Assembly (NCBI GenBank): GCA_030390025.1
Contig: CM059438.1
Location: forward strand, 59,584,001-59,648,000
Direction of reading: 5' to 3'
Length of the DNA: 64,000 nt
Origin: Squalus acanthias
Taxonomy: Eukaryota
Each line of letters opens with the position of its first letter. The first letter of the stretch is position 1. A program made the translations under genes and the position numbers. This document shows positions 39,501 through 51,059 of the stretch, in pieces. The notes under the pieces were generated by a model. The model saw only the letters and a list, made by a program, of their open reading frames with translations. It was not told where the DNA came from and made no database searches.

Positions 39501-41210
39501 TTCTATCTGCGCTATTAATTCATCTATTTTGTTGCGAATGCTTTGTGCATTCAGATATGGTGCCTTTAGCTTTGACTTATTTCTATTTTTCCCTGATGTC
39601 ACCTTAGTCACTGATGCCTTCTTACCTTTGTTACTCTCTCTGTCTCTTCCTGACCCACTCTGCTTATTTTTACCCAAAACTCTACTCTGCTCTAGAGCCT
39701 TGACATTTCTCTCACTGCTTTTAAATTTACTCTTTCCCGAATCCTCCCGCCCCCGGTTTAAGTGGAGCCTGTCCCAACAGAACAGCTCCCTTTTTCCCCA
39801 GTACTGGTGCCAGTGCCCCATGAACTGAAACCCCTTCCTCCCACACCACTCTTTGAGCCACGCATTTAAACCTCTAATCTGTTTGTCCCTATGCCAATTT
39901 GCGCATGGCTCAGGTAACAATCCAGAGATTATTACCTTTGAGGTTCTGCTTTTTAATTTGGATCCTAGATCCTTAAATTCCCTCAGCAGAACCTCATTCC
40001 TAGTTCTATCTATGACGTTGGTTCCTACATGGACCATGACAACTGGATCCTCCCCCTTCCACTCCAAGTTCTCCTCCAGCTGTGAGGAAATGTCTTTAAC
40101 CCTGGCACCGGGCAGGCAACACAACCTTCGGAACTCTCGGTCACGGCTGCAATCCCTCTGACTTTACTGTCCCCTACCACAACTACATTCCCTTTCACTC
40201 CCCCAACTTGAATGGCCTCCTGCACCATGGTGCCATGGTCAGCTTGCTCATCCATCCTGCAGGCTTTTCCCTCATCCACACAGGCAGCAAGAACTTCACA
40301 CCTGTTGAACAAGGGCAAAGCCTAAAGCTCCTCCAGCACTGCACCTGGGGTCCCCTTACCTGCCTGAGTTGCAGTCACACCCTCCTGTCCCTGACCACTA
40401 ACCAGACCTGTACCACTACCTAACCTAAGGGGTGTGACTGCCTCCTGGATCAAAGTGTCCAGGTAACTCTCCCCATCCCTGATGCCCCACAATGTCCGCA
40501 CCTCAGACTCCAGCTCAACAACTCTGAGCTGAAGTTCCTCAAGATGCAGGCACTTACTGCAAACGTGGTTGTCCGGGATCACAATGCTCTCCGCAAACCC
40601 CCACATGCTGCAGTTGCGGCACACCACCTGCACTGCCATCCCTATATGACCTTGTTTTATTTTATTAAATTTAATTAAATTTGTAATTATGTAACTTAGT
40701 TTACAGTGTAGTTTCTTGACTACTTACTTGATCTAGATTAAGTTATGGGTACTGAAATTAACTATCTACCGATAACACAAAGCACTACAAGCAGTGTAGG
40801 CAAATAGCAGCAACTCCTTCCCCCTCTTCTCCAAATTCCCACTCTTTCCAAATTCCCAAATTAAACACTCTGTTAAGTACACTGCATTTTAATCCCGCTC
40901 TGTGCTCTACAGACCGGTTTACTCTTATACTCTCGGAGCCTCACCCAATTTACAAGTGATGACTCAGCTCCCCTGCTCCTGGTGATTAGCGCCTATTCAA
41001 GACAAACACTTACAGCTGACTGACAGTTAACTGCCACTGGCAGGCAGCTTCTGTTAACTATGGTTTTTAAAGTTCTAGACTAAAATCAAAATGTTAAATT
41101 AAACTTCACTTTTTACATCTACTACTTACCAGAAAGTCCCACTCTTTCCAAATTCCTAAATAAAACACTCTGTTTAAGTGCACTCTGTTCTAATCCCGCT
41201 CTGTGCAGAC
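36565..41210 (-). mobile_element. Near-full-length decayed CR1 LINE: 5' UTR, ORF1 (zinc finger/coiled coil + SGNH esterase), ORF2
   Basis: ORF 40322-40639 has CxxC...CxxC plus a leucine zipper. VVVGDS (40025-40318) and PGARVKD/HVGTN/DRLHLN (39360-40124) mark the esterase. EN and RT pieces extend down to the 3' tail at 36565. Confidence 0.92.
37231..37823 (+). mobile_element. CR1 3' fragment inserted antisense into the 36565-41210 CR1
   Basis: Open ORF 37219-37731, 3' UTR and TTCTATG tail. Host sequence resumes at ~37821. Confidence 0.92.
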
Positions 41211-41663
41211 CGTATTTTCAATTCAAATACAAACATTCTGTGGGTTTTATTTGACTATATCTCATTGGCAGTTCCTTTTGAATTGACGTGGCACATATTT
41301 GAATGTTGGTTGGCCCGGGCCATTGAAAAGTATTTCTCAGCCTGTCTCATTCAAATCGAGTAGTCTATCAGAGAGATATATAGACAGGGCAGAGTGACTC
41401 TCTGAATGGTCAGAATCAAACCACCGTGTAAAGGTTAATATTCAGGGAGGGACCTTGTGTTCAGCCCAGTTTACATTGTAGTTTTGGGCAGCAAACATGA
41501 CCGTTACTTTTCTACCTTTTAAGAGGGCTATTTAATCCAGTAATTGCTGTAAATTACAGTGTGTAATTCTTAATGTTCAATTATCCATTTACTCTTTAAC
41601 CAATCGTTTTGGCAGTTTATAGCCTAAGCCACAGTTTAGGGCAGTGTTTATATTACCGCTTAC

Positions 41664-41968
41664 CATAGTCAAGGAAGTACACGGAAGACCAAGTGATATA
41701 AACCAGTAGTTGAAATACAGTGAGGAGCACTTTCAGTTGGCTACAAATTACCCAAATGTTGGGCAGGTAATGACACATTCAGGGTCAAAGGGTGCGAGAG
41801 GGTTCGCCTGCTGAACAGGTCGGAGACGTTGCAAATGGAGAAGCGACACTGTTACTTTACCTCCCCGCCTCTCAAACATTTATAGTGGGCCACTACTGTA
41901 GTGCTGCAAGGCTCAAAGTGAAGTGCGCAGACCCAATTGGTTTAAGTGATGGAACAGGAGCACTTCAT
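41664..41968 (-). pseudogene. Putative decayed exon
   Basis: Acceptor ctttgctattag and canonical G|GTAAGC donor. End reads VICSQLKVLLTVFQLLVYITWSSVYFLDY in phase 1, joining 32461 as DKQDKCDLKIVF. Confidence 0.4.
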
Positions 41969-42220
41969 CTAATAGCAAAGTCCATGTTCACGGGCTATGA
42001 TATTACTATAGAGCAGTACTGAGGCAGTGCTGCACTGGCGGAGGTGCCGTCTTTCAGATGAGATGTTAAACTGGGGCCCCGACTGCCCTCTCAGATATAT
42101 GTGAAAGGTCCCGTGTCACTATTTTGAAGTCATGATGTGGAGATGCCGGCGTTGGACTGGGGTGGACAAAAATGAGAAGTCGCACAACACCAGGTTATAG
42201 TCCAACAGATTTATTTAATT

Positions 42221-42258
42221 TTACAAGCTTTCGGAGCTATCGCTCCTTCGTCAGGTAA
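42221..42258 (-). ncRNA. Minimal hammerhead ribozyme
   Basis: Minus strand TTAC-CTGACGA-A-GGAGC-GATA-GCTCC-GAAA-G-CTT-GTAA. Confidence 0.85.
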
Positions 42259-43252
42259 GTTAGCAATGAGAGAATCTCCCAGAATTCACAATTTAAACCC
42301 AGACAAAATCTATTCACATTATTCGCTACAACAAAGAGCACAGCCAAGACAATGAGATGTGTCCCAGGGGGTCCAGCGTGTCAAACCACCTGCTGGTTGC
42401 ATATCCTGTCAATTTGTGTTCTTGTGTTTTTAAAAAAAAAAACAAAAAAAAAAACACCTGGGAAGACCGGCCATGATGTCAAGTCACGTTCTGTATCGTG
42501 ACATGAACCCGATATCGCGATTGAGGCCATCCTCATGAGTGCGGAACTTGGCTATCAGTTTCTGCTCTATGATTTTGCGCTGTCGTGTATCTCGAAGGCC
42601 GCCTTGGAGAACGCTTACCCGCAGATCCGAGGCTGAATGCCCCTGGCTGCTGAAGTGTTCCCCGACTGGGAGGCAACCCTCCTGCCTGGCGATTGTTGCG
42701 CGGTGTCCGTTCATACGTTGTCTCAGTGTCTGCATGGTCTCGTTGCAGTAAAGGATGCTCCAGAGCATGGTACATCGGCGAGACCATGCAGACACTGAGA
42801 CAACGTATGAACGGACACCGCGCAACAATCGCCAGGCAGGAGGGTTGCCTCCCAGTCGGGGAACACTTCAGCAGCCAGGGGCATTCAGCCTCGGATCTGC
42901 GGGTAAGCGTTCTCCAAGGCGGCCTTCGAGATACACGACAGCGCAAAATCATAGAGCAGAAACTGATAGCCAAGTTCCGCACTCATGAGGATGGCCTCAA
43001 TCGCGATATCGGGTTCATGTCACGATACAGAACGTGACTTGACATCATGGCCGGTCTTCCCAGGTGTTTTTTTTTTTTTAAAAACACAAGAACACAAATT
43101 GACAGGATATGCAGCCAGCAGGTGGTTTGACACGCTGGACCCCCTGGGACACATCTCATTGTCTTGGCTGTGCTCTTTGTTGTAGCGAATAATGTGAATA
43201 GATTTTGTCTGGGTTTAAATTGTGAATTCTGGGAGATTCTCTCATTGCTAAC

Positions 43253-43289
43253 TTACCTGACGAAGAGCGATAGCTCCGAAAGCTTGTAA
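43253..43289 (+). ncRNA. Minimal hammerhead ribozyme (one G lost from stem II)
   Basis: TTAC-CTGACGA-A-GAGC-GATA-GCTCC-GAAA-G-CTT-GTAA. Confidence 0.75.
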
Positions 43290-43809
43290 AATTAAATAAA
43301 TCTGTTGGACTATAACCTGGTGTTGTGCGACTTCTCACTATTTTGAAGAGCAGGGGAGATTTCCCTGGTGTCCTGGCCAATATTTATCCCTCAACCAACA
43401 TCACTAAAACTGGTGATTATCACATTGCTGTTTGTGGGAGCTTGCTGTGCGCAAATTGGCTGCCGCGTTTCCTACATTACAACAGTGACTACACTTCAGA
43501 AATGTACTTAATTGGCTGTAAAGAGCTTTGGGATGTCCTGAGGTCATGAAAGGCACTGTAGAAATGCAAGTATTTCTACCAATTCGATGCAGGACCAGCT
43601 GTTTGTACTTAAGAGTACAGCTGCCAGTGGGACACCATGGGCCTGTGCAGCCAGCTGGGCGCTCTCACCTAAGCGCATCTTAACAAGCATTAGCGAGATG
43701 GTGTAAATTAAAGCTACTACTGGTATTGGTGTTTCAACACCTGCTGTGGGGCTGCCTCCTGGCCCCTGGAAGCTTTAAGCGGAGATCTGTCGGTGCAATA
43801 GGACATTAC

Positions 43810-44087
43810 CCTGTCAGAGCCGAGGAGAGGAGAGGAGGAGAGGTGGCAGGCTGTGCTGGACTGACTGCTGGGGAGTGCTGGGCGGAAGCAGAAGCCCCGT
43901 GAATGAGCAGCGATTTCCCCATTCACCAACCCCACCCAGCGCACAGCTGCACGGTGCAGGGCCAGAGTGCCGAGCAGAAACCGGGACCACAGCCAGCGCC
44001 ACAGGGACGATGCAACAACAAACACGGCAACAGCAGAGCAAGCAGCCGCAAGGCAAGCCTCGCAGACAGGCAGTTCAGTCGTGGCAC
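43810..44087 (-). pseudogene. Possible first exon with signal-anchor-like reading
   Basis: GC/CpG-rich unique sequence. GTG-started VPRLNCLSARLALRLLALLLPCLLLHRPC, and donor AGG|GTAATG at 43809. Confidence 0.3.
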
Positions 44088-44139
44088 TTAGCAACAGAGC
44101 TGGAAACGGCAAGGGCTGCATGAGTTTCAGAATCCCATC

Positions 44140-44357
44140 CTAGACCTTCCCCTTTGTACTTTCCTCCCGCCCTGCCCCTTTCCCTGGCTCTGTACTTGCT
44201 TACAAACTGTTTATCTCGAACATCTTCCAATTCTGATGACAGATCATCAACTTGAAACATTAGCTCTGTTTCTCTCTAAGGTGCTGCCTGACCTGCTCAG
44301 CGTTTCCAGTTTTCTGTTTTTATTTCAGATTTCCAGAATCCACAGTATTTTGCTTTT
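44140..44357 (+). mobile_element. Penelope pLTR remnant with degenerate hammerhead (44229-44265)
   Basis: Colinear with 26330-26521. CTGATGA...GAAAC core present but stems are mismatched. Confidence 0.75.
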
Positions 44358-44747
44358 GATAGATAAGGATTTGTTTGGATAAAAGGACTAGCTAGAAATC
44401 TGAAACCAGTCGGGCCGGAGCGGAAACATTAACCTGTCTTTCTCATGCAGGTGCTGCTTAACCCTTTCTGTTTGATTTTGGGGGATTGGGTGGTGGAGTG
44501 GACCTCTGGGACTGCGGCTCAAATCCTAGCCCACACCAACAGGGTGACAGGCCCCTCTGAACTCACTGCTGGTTGTAAGATTTTTACGGTGAAATAAGCT
44601 GGGTAGTCTCCAATCTCGTTCCTGAACATAGGCGCACAACACAAAACGGCTCCTAATTCTGCAATAAATTGGCAATCTCGTTGTGACTATCGCCATGGCC
44701 ATCGAGTTTAAAGTCAATTAAACAAGAGGCTTTAAAATATAAGCACG

Positions 44748-45217
44748 GGAACAGTAGCAAAGTGGTTATGTTACATGACTAGTAATCCAGAGGCCTGGAC
44801 TAATGATCCGGAGACAGGATCCGGAGACAGGAGTTCAAATCCCACCACGGCAGCTGGGGAATTTAAATTCAGTTAATTAAATAAATCTGGAATTAACAAA
44901 AAATAGGCTAGTATAATTAATGGTGACCATGTAACTACCGGATTGACGAAAAAACCCATCTGGTTCACTAATGTCCTTTAGGGAAGGAAATTTGCGGTGC
45001 TTATCTGGTCTGGCCCATATGTGACTCCAGACCCACAGCAATCTGGTTGACTCTTAACTGCCCTCTGAAATGGCCTAGCAAGCCACTCAGTTGTACCAAA
45101 CCACTATGCCTTCACTGTGGAATGCAGCGGTTCAAGAAGGTGGCTTACCACCACCTTTTCAATTAGGGATGGGCAATAAATGCTAGCCTTGCCAGCGACG
45201 CCCACATCCCATGAATG
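44748..45217 (+). mobile_element. tRNA-headed SINE-like element
   Basis: A-box-like TAGCAAAGTGG and B-box GAGTTCAAATCCC. Related copies at 49925-50290 (-) and 51531-51790 (+). Confidence 0.75.
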
Positions 45218-45304
45218 ATGTTAAATGTAATAATTATTATTGTTTGATCTTTAAAGGGGGCTGATTGTGACGCTCCTTCTTTTAAAGGGGTCCTGATGTT
45301 CACA

Positions 45305-45600
45305 CTATTGTCTTTGAAACGAGATGTTAAACTGAGGCCTCATCCACTCTCTCAGGTGGGTGTAAAAGATCCCATGGCACTATTCAGAGAACTGGGGCAA
45401 TCTCCCAGTGTCCTGGCCAATATTTATCCCTCAATCAACATCACTTAAACAGATCATCTAGCAATTTATCTCACTGCTGTTTGTGGGACCTTCCTGTGTA
45501 CAAATTTGGTTGCCATGTTTCCCTACATTACAACAGTGACTGCATTTCAAAAGTACTTCCCTAGCTTTGGTACATCCTGAGGTTCTGAAAGGTGCTCAAG
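45305..45600 (+). mobile_element. Deu-domain SINE fragment
   Basis: Colinear with 47570-47860 (AAAAGATCCCATGGCACTATT, GTCCTGGCCAATATTTATCCCTCAA). Confidence 0.85.
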
Positions 45601-47423
45601 AAGTACAAGATTTTTTTTTCTTTCTTTTATTAATACATTTAAAATAAACAAGTTCAAGACTATGCTTAGGTAGTGCATCTAGGAATTTATACAACCTTGT
45701 TAACAGGTACAGTAAAAATGAAGTACAAGGGAATCTAAACCCAATAGAAAGTAAACTTTCATCCCATCGACCTAGGGTGGACTTTACATTCCAAAGGTGA
45801 AGGGAAAGCACGCACCACCCAGTCTCCCTGTTTATGTATGCCCTCCCTAATCTCCAGTAAAGTTACATAAGAATTGTTGGGAACAGGAAAAGATCACTGG
45901 GCCCAATGATCTTGTTCATTTTTCAGTCTGTAATGGGCTACATCACATCGCATGGTAATACGGGAGTGTTAGGCTGGGAGCGGAAAGTCTCCAATTCCAT
46001 CAACATGCAGTTAAAACAAAGGGGTTCACTTTATACCAATACTGTTTTGCATTCAGAGATTTCAAAAGTGTGTCTGGATTGATCCGATCAGATCAATCAG
46101 AGTATAATTGTTTTATGGTTGGAGAACTTTTCACATTGAAACGTCGTTTGTCATTTTCAGGATCCAGCTCAGAAACACCCAGCATTTCAAAAATAGTTTG
46201 CAAGTGTAACAAAGTGTGTGATATTTGTGCATTCTGATGGATGATTTTTAATATATTATAGATAGATCGATAGATTGAGGACTTGGGTACTTTATTGTAA
46301 TCAAAATCTCTAAGTTTGTAGATAATATTAATTAGGAGACAAGCTAAATAATGAGGAAGAATGCAGCCAGCTATTTTGTTGGTTGTGGTGTTCAGGAGAT
46401 AAGCAGAGAGCTCCCTGCTCCCAGGGAATGCTTCAGCAGTTCTATTTCATTTGGTAGGAGGACAAGTGGATCTTAGGGCACATTCCACACTTATACCAAA
46501 GGTGATAATGGGGTTTCATTTGCAACAAGTAGCCCTGCGACTCGAGGAGCTGCCTTTTCCAGATCATAGGCAGATCACATGGACAATGTCGGCATCTCAC
46601 TGGCATCATGAAGAGAGCAATGTCCAAAGGACTGTCTCAGTCAGTGACTTGGGCTTACTCTGACAGTGGTGATGCTTCCATTTGAGGAATGAAAATTATG
46701 AGACACATCATGTGACTTTACTCCCCTAATAAAGAGAGATAGCTGGCCCTGAAAATGCAGCCCTTGTAATCTAAATTGCTTCCCCAATAAGAGTATCAAA
46801 GAAACCACCAAATTTCGTACCAATTCGTGCAACATCACCATGACAAGGCCATGTCACAAAGCAGCTTCAGCTGTTGGCTCAAACGACAACTATACAGCAG
46901 TACACAGCGTTTCCCAACTCAGTCACCCCCTAGATTGGCCTGCAGGCTTCTCTGACCCACGAGCCTCATATGTTCCTAGATTCTGGGACCTCCCCTCCCC
47001 AATGCTGCCAGATCCAGCGATCCCAGATTCCAAGACCTGCCCCCAATATTCCCAGAACCTCCCTCCTCAGGACTCCCGGAACATTCCTGGAATCCCGGAA
47101 CTTCCACTCAGTTCTCCCAGAGCCCTCGGATCCCTGTAAAAATACTACTGGACCCAGAGACCACATCCCAGTACTGCCAGGTCCAGGCTCCTTTCCCAGA
47201 GCTCCCATGGTCCGGAGCTGCCCGCATGCAGACAGATTTCGGTGTGACACTCTATTTCTTAGAAAAGCTACGACTCCCCTTGAGCAGAACCACAGCTGAT
47301 ATGCTCGTGACATATTAGAATTCTTCCAGTTTATCACACTTATTCCCTGTGTCATGATTTGGTCAAACCTGTTGTGACAATTTTCTCATGCTTGGGTAAC
47401 ACCTGAGTTATTGCTTTCTTCAG

Positions 47424-47890
47424 TGTCAGCTGTGGCTCAGTGGGTAGCACCCTCGCCTCTGAGTCAGAAGGTTGTGGGTTCACAGTCCCACTCCAGGGAC
47501 TTGAGCACATAAAGCTAGGCTGACACTCCAGTGCAGTGCTGAGGGAGCGCTGCACTGTCGGAGGTGCCGTCTTTCGGATGAGATGTTAAACCGAAATCCC
47601 TGTCTGCTCCCTCAGGTGGACGTAAAAGATCCCATGGCACTATTTCGAAGAAGAGCAGGGGAGCTCTCCCCGGTGTCCTGGCCAATATTTATCCCTCAAC
47701 CAACATTACTAAAACAGATTATCTGGTCATTTATCTCATTACTGTTTGTGTGATCTTTCTGTGCGCAAATTGGCTGCTGCATTACGTCAGTGACTACACT
47801 TTAAAAAATATTTCATTGGCAGTAAAGCGCTTTGGGATGTCCTGAAGTCGTAAAAGGCGCTATAGAAATGCAAGTCTTTCTTCTTTCTTT
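47424..47890 (+). mobile_element. Full-length tRNA-derived Deu-domain SINE with L2-type tail
   Basis: A box TGGCTCAGTGG, B-box-like GGTTCACAGTCCC, central domain, 3' AAAGGCGCTATAGAAATGCAAG followed by a TTCT-rich tail. Confidence 0.88.
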
Positions 47891-48067
47891 TAAAATGGCT
47901 GGATACTTACCATTGCTTATGTTGTAGTGCAGGCCTCCCATCAGTAGGCAGTGCTATTAAACCAGTGGTGCCCAGCTCCTGACTGGATCCTTGGAGCCAC
48001 ACCAGAAGTGGAAGGTCAAGCCTAGCCCCACACCCATATTTGCCACCGATCCTTCCCCTCTGCCCCA

Positions 48068-48310
48068 ACCCGGCTGAAGAAAGGTGCAGGTCGGGCTTGG
48101 GGTCAGGGTACGGGCTGGGGCTGGGGCCGGGGCCGGGCAGCAAGTGTTAAAACCAGCAAACCAGAGCTGCATTGTGGGCCAGGGACTGGAACTGGCTGGG
48201 CTGAGGGCTGGTTTTAACGCTTGCTGCCCGGCCCCGGCCCCGGCCCCGGCCCCAGCCCCAGCCCGTACCCTAACCCCAAGCCCGACCTGCACCTTTCTTC
48301 AGCTGGGGTT
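48068..48310. repeat. GC-rich foldback (MITE-like hairpin)
   Basis: Arms ~48068-48157 and ~48207-48310 are reverse complements with a ~50-nt spacer. Confidence 0.9.
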
Positions 48311-49924
48311 CCAGCCACCATCCTGCCTCTGCCCCAGACCCTACCCGAGTCCCCGTAATCTTTCTATTTAGCTACTTCGAGCACGGCATTAGCCAACACC
48401 CGATTCCGCGGCCCAGGTTCTTGTGGCGGGGAGAGATGGTCAGAAGGATGACAAACACAGGGAGCAGAGAAACTGTCTCCACTAACTTGCCATGAGCAAC
48501 ACCACAGGAGATCCATTAATGTACACACGTGTGTTCTGAGACATGTCTGACACACCAGGACTCACACGTGTAAATGTTTCTGTCACACTTAAAAAATATC
48601 AAAAAATAGTGAGTGAAAGAAAGCCAGGCACTTGCTGCTGGCGTCAGGGAAACTGCCCCAGCAACAGAAAAAACCTTCCATTTGACCTCAGGCAATGACA
48701 AAGAATAAATAGCTGGTGGTTAACCTCAGGGTGTGCCTTTCTCAGCACTATGGCCTTGTGGCCTGAAAGAGACAGCCCGCTGACACACAGATCCACCTCA
48801 GCAGCAAGTGAATACGTTGCACGTTAAACCATATGATGCCCCAGTCTGTATAGAAGAGCACATCCTCCGACTAACTGTAAGCAAAGCCCCAGGAGGAGGG
48901 AAATGGTCAGATGCATGTTCCTGGAAGGCTGAATGGTCAGGGAAGAGCAGGGGTGAGCTACATCTCTCGGGGAGTGATCAACTTCATGTTCCTTGGGTTG
49001 GGGCGCGGAGGGGAGTCCAGAAGTCTTTTGATTGAAATGCGAGGGATAGCTTTGTTTTTGTGAACTTGTACTCATCATGGAGAAGGAGGTCAGTGCTGGG
49101 AAAAAACCGAAGCAAGGAAGTCCGGAACGTATGGGGTCCTTCACACCAGGACTCAGGGTAATGGTGTACAGGGCTGACATAAACAAAGGACTTGCATTCA
49201 TATAGCGCCTTTCACGACCTCAGGATGTTCCATCGCTATATATGGTGACATAGTCAGGGATTCAAGAATAATCAGCTGGAATGCTCATAGCAAATATATT
49301 TCCAGTTTATGAAGGACTTTTAAAGTGTAGTCACTGTTGTAATGTAGGAAATGACTGCTAAAACGAGGCTCCTGCCATTTGTGGTGGGCGTGGTACCACT
49401 GCCGGTCCCGTGCACGCGAACGTCCGTCAAAACGCAAACCCAGCGCTTCCAGCGGACTGGGACTTCCGCTGATTATCTGCCTGAAAATCAGGTGGTAAAG
49501 ATGAGCCCCTGCGGCCTCTCGGAATGAGGTTCCTTGCTGATGCTGAATTAGTTTTCTGCTCACACCCACTAGGATCTGCACTGAGGCTGCCCAAACTGTC
49601 ACATCAGATAAATCCTGCTAGAGTAATGTGACACAGCACACGGGAGCTGCATGGGAAAGAAAAATCATCGTCACGTCTGGCTAGTGAATGGGTGGATGAT
49701 CAGAGGCTGTAAGCAGCGCTTTGGCTTCAGTCCTGTTGGGACCATGAGACTAATCAATCGTCTGTGGCCAAACAGGTTGGACAGAATAATGTTGGCTGCA
49801 ATGTGTAATATCCTGGAGTGTTTCGCTCAACTGCCTTCAGGGTTAGGGAGGGACTATTAAAAGCTCCACAAGCTTTGATTTTGTGTTTCTTCACATCCTG
49901 GTTAAGAAAAAATGTTTTATTCTT

Positions 49925-50290
49925 CCTTGAGATGTGGGCGTTGCTGGCAAGGCTGGCATTTAATGCCCTGTTTGATACAACTGAGTGGCTTGCTAGGCCA
50001 CTTCAGAGGGCAGTTAAGAATCAACCACATTGGTGTGGGACTGGAGGCACATAGGCCAGACCGGGTAAGGACGGTAGGTTTCCTTCCCTAAAAGACATTA
50101 GTGAACCAGTTGGGATTTTACAACAATCTAACGACAGCTTCATGGTCACTTTCACTGATATCAGCTTTCTATTTCCAGATTTCTCAAATTCTCAAACTGC
50201 CGCGGTCAGATTTCACTCGAGTTCCCTGGATTACTAGTCCAGGCCTCTGGGTTACTAGTCCAGTAACATAACCGTTACACCAACGTACCC
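49925..50290 (-). mobile_element. tRNA-headed SINE-like element, same family as 44748-45217
   Basis: Reverse-complement similarity along its length. Confidence 0.75.
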
Positions 50291-51059
50291 AGTAAAAATG
50301 TCCCATCTCCCCCGGAAACAGGAAGTGGTATCTCCCCCAGGGAGGACTGTGTTACCTGTGACCTGCGACCTTGCCTGGCCAAGTTTGCTGTTTGTTCTGG
50401 GCTTTGGCCCAAAACCCTCTGAAGTACTAATGCTCCGAGCTTCTGTCCATTTGTCTGATTTCTACTTTGTAAAAGTTTTGAGAAATGTAGAGTCTTTGAG
50501 AACTTTAATGAGAGACAATTCTGATGCTGAGGGCAATATTGCCAGGAAGAGAACCCCCCCCCCCCCCGCTGTGAAAACAGTAAGTAAAATCCTCAAGGAT
50601 TATCTGCCCAACACTACAATCTGCGTCTCCAGCCTGTTCTGATCGTGTTACAGATGATGTTCCCATGGTCCCTGCAGGATGGACCCGTGCTGTCTCTAGG
50701 CAATATTTGATAATCTAAGGCTTTCAATCCTGAACTGGCTGCTGCCACATTCTAACATGGTGCTATAAGTAGATCTATTTCGGGCAATCAGAACTTGTGT
50801 CTTTTCCATACTCTGCCCTTGCAAAGGTACATTTCTGAGGGCTACAAATTACACCACCTGCAGTAAAGTGCTTACTGCATTGAATGTAGTGTCGCTTTAC
50901 ATTGCTCAACCCGCTTCAAAATGTCAGATATTAATGTACACACCAGGAGGAAAGCCACTAAAACTTGATATTTATACAGAGCTCCTCACATCAACAGATG
51001 TCCGAGAGAGAAGAAAATGAACACCAAGTGCAAGGCAAAGAACAGGTAGAATGGAGTTA

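Larger units (their letters stand above)
35530..41459. mobile_element. Long-TIR element (CACAAGG... ends) inflated by L2 and CR1 insertions
   Basis: 35530-~35615 is a near-perfect reverse complement of ~41372-41459, with weaker similarity for ~30 bp further in. No TSD seen. Confidence 0.65.
42130..43337. mobile_element. Palindromic Penelope-like element (inverted GIY-YIG C-terminus + pLTR), with TSD
   Basis: Arms ~42173-42742 and ~42779-43337 are near-perfect reverse complements. ORF WYIGETMQTLRQRMNGHR...EHF...EQKLIAKFRTHEDGLN is a GIY-YIG domain. TSD TCACTATTTTGAAG at 42116-42129 and 43335-43348. Confidence 0.95.
42010..43577 (+). mobile_element. Deu-domain SINE (SacSINE1/AmnSINE-like) split by a Penelope insertion
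   Basis: 42010-42129 and 43335-43577 are colinear with the full copy at 47424-47890. Confidence 0.85.

Noticed and set aside
44398..44460. Additional hammerhead
   Set aside because: It resembles the pLTR downstream of GAAAC, but the CUGANGA core and stem II are not preserved.
46905..47405. hAT-like element (CAGCGTTTCCCAAC...CTTGGGTAACACCTG)
   Set aside because: The TIR match is weak and there is no 8-bp TSD, so it cannot be supported without a library search.
47424..47495. tRNA gene
   Set aside because: The A/B boxes belong to a SINE head continuous with the SINE body, and no clean cloverleaf is evident.
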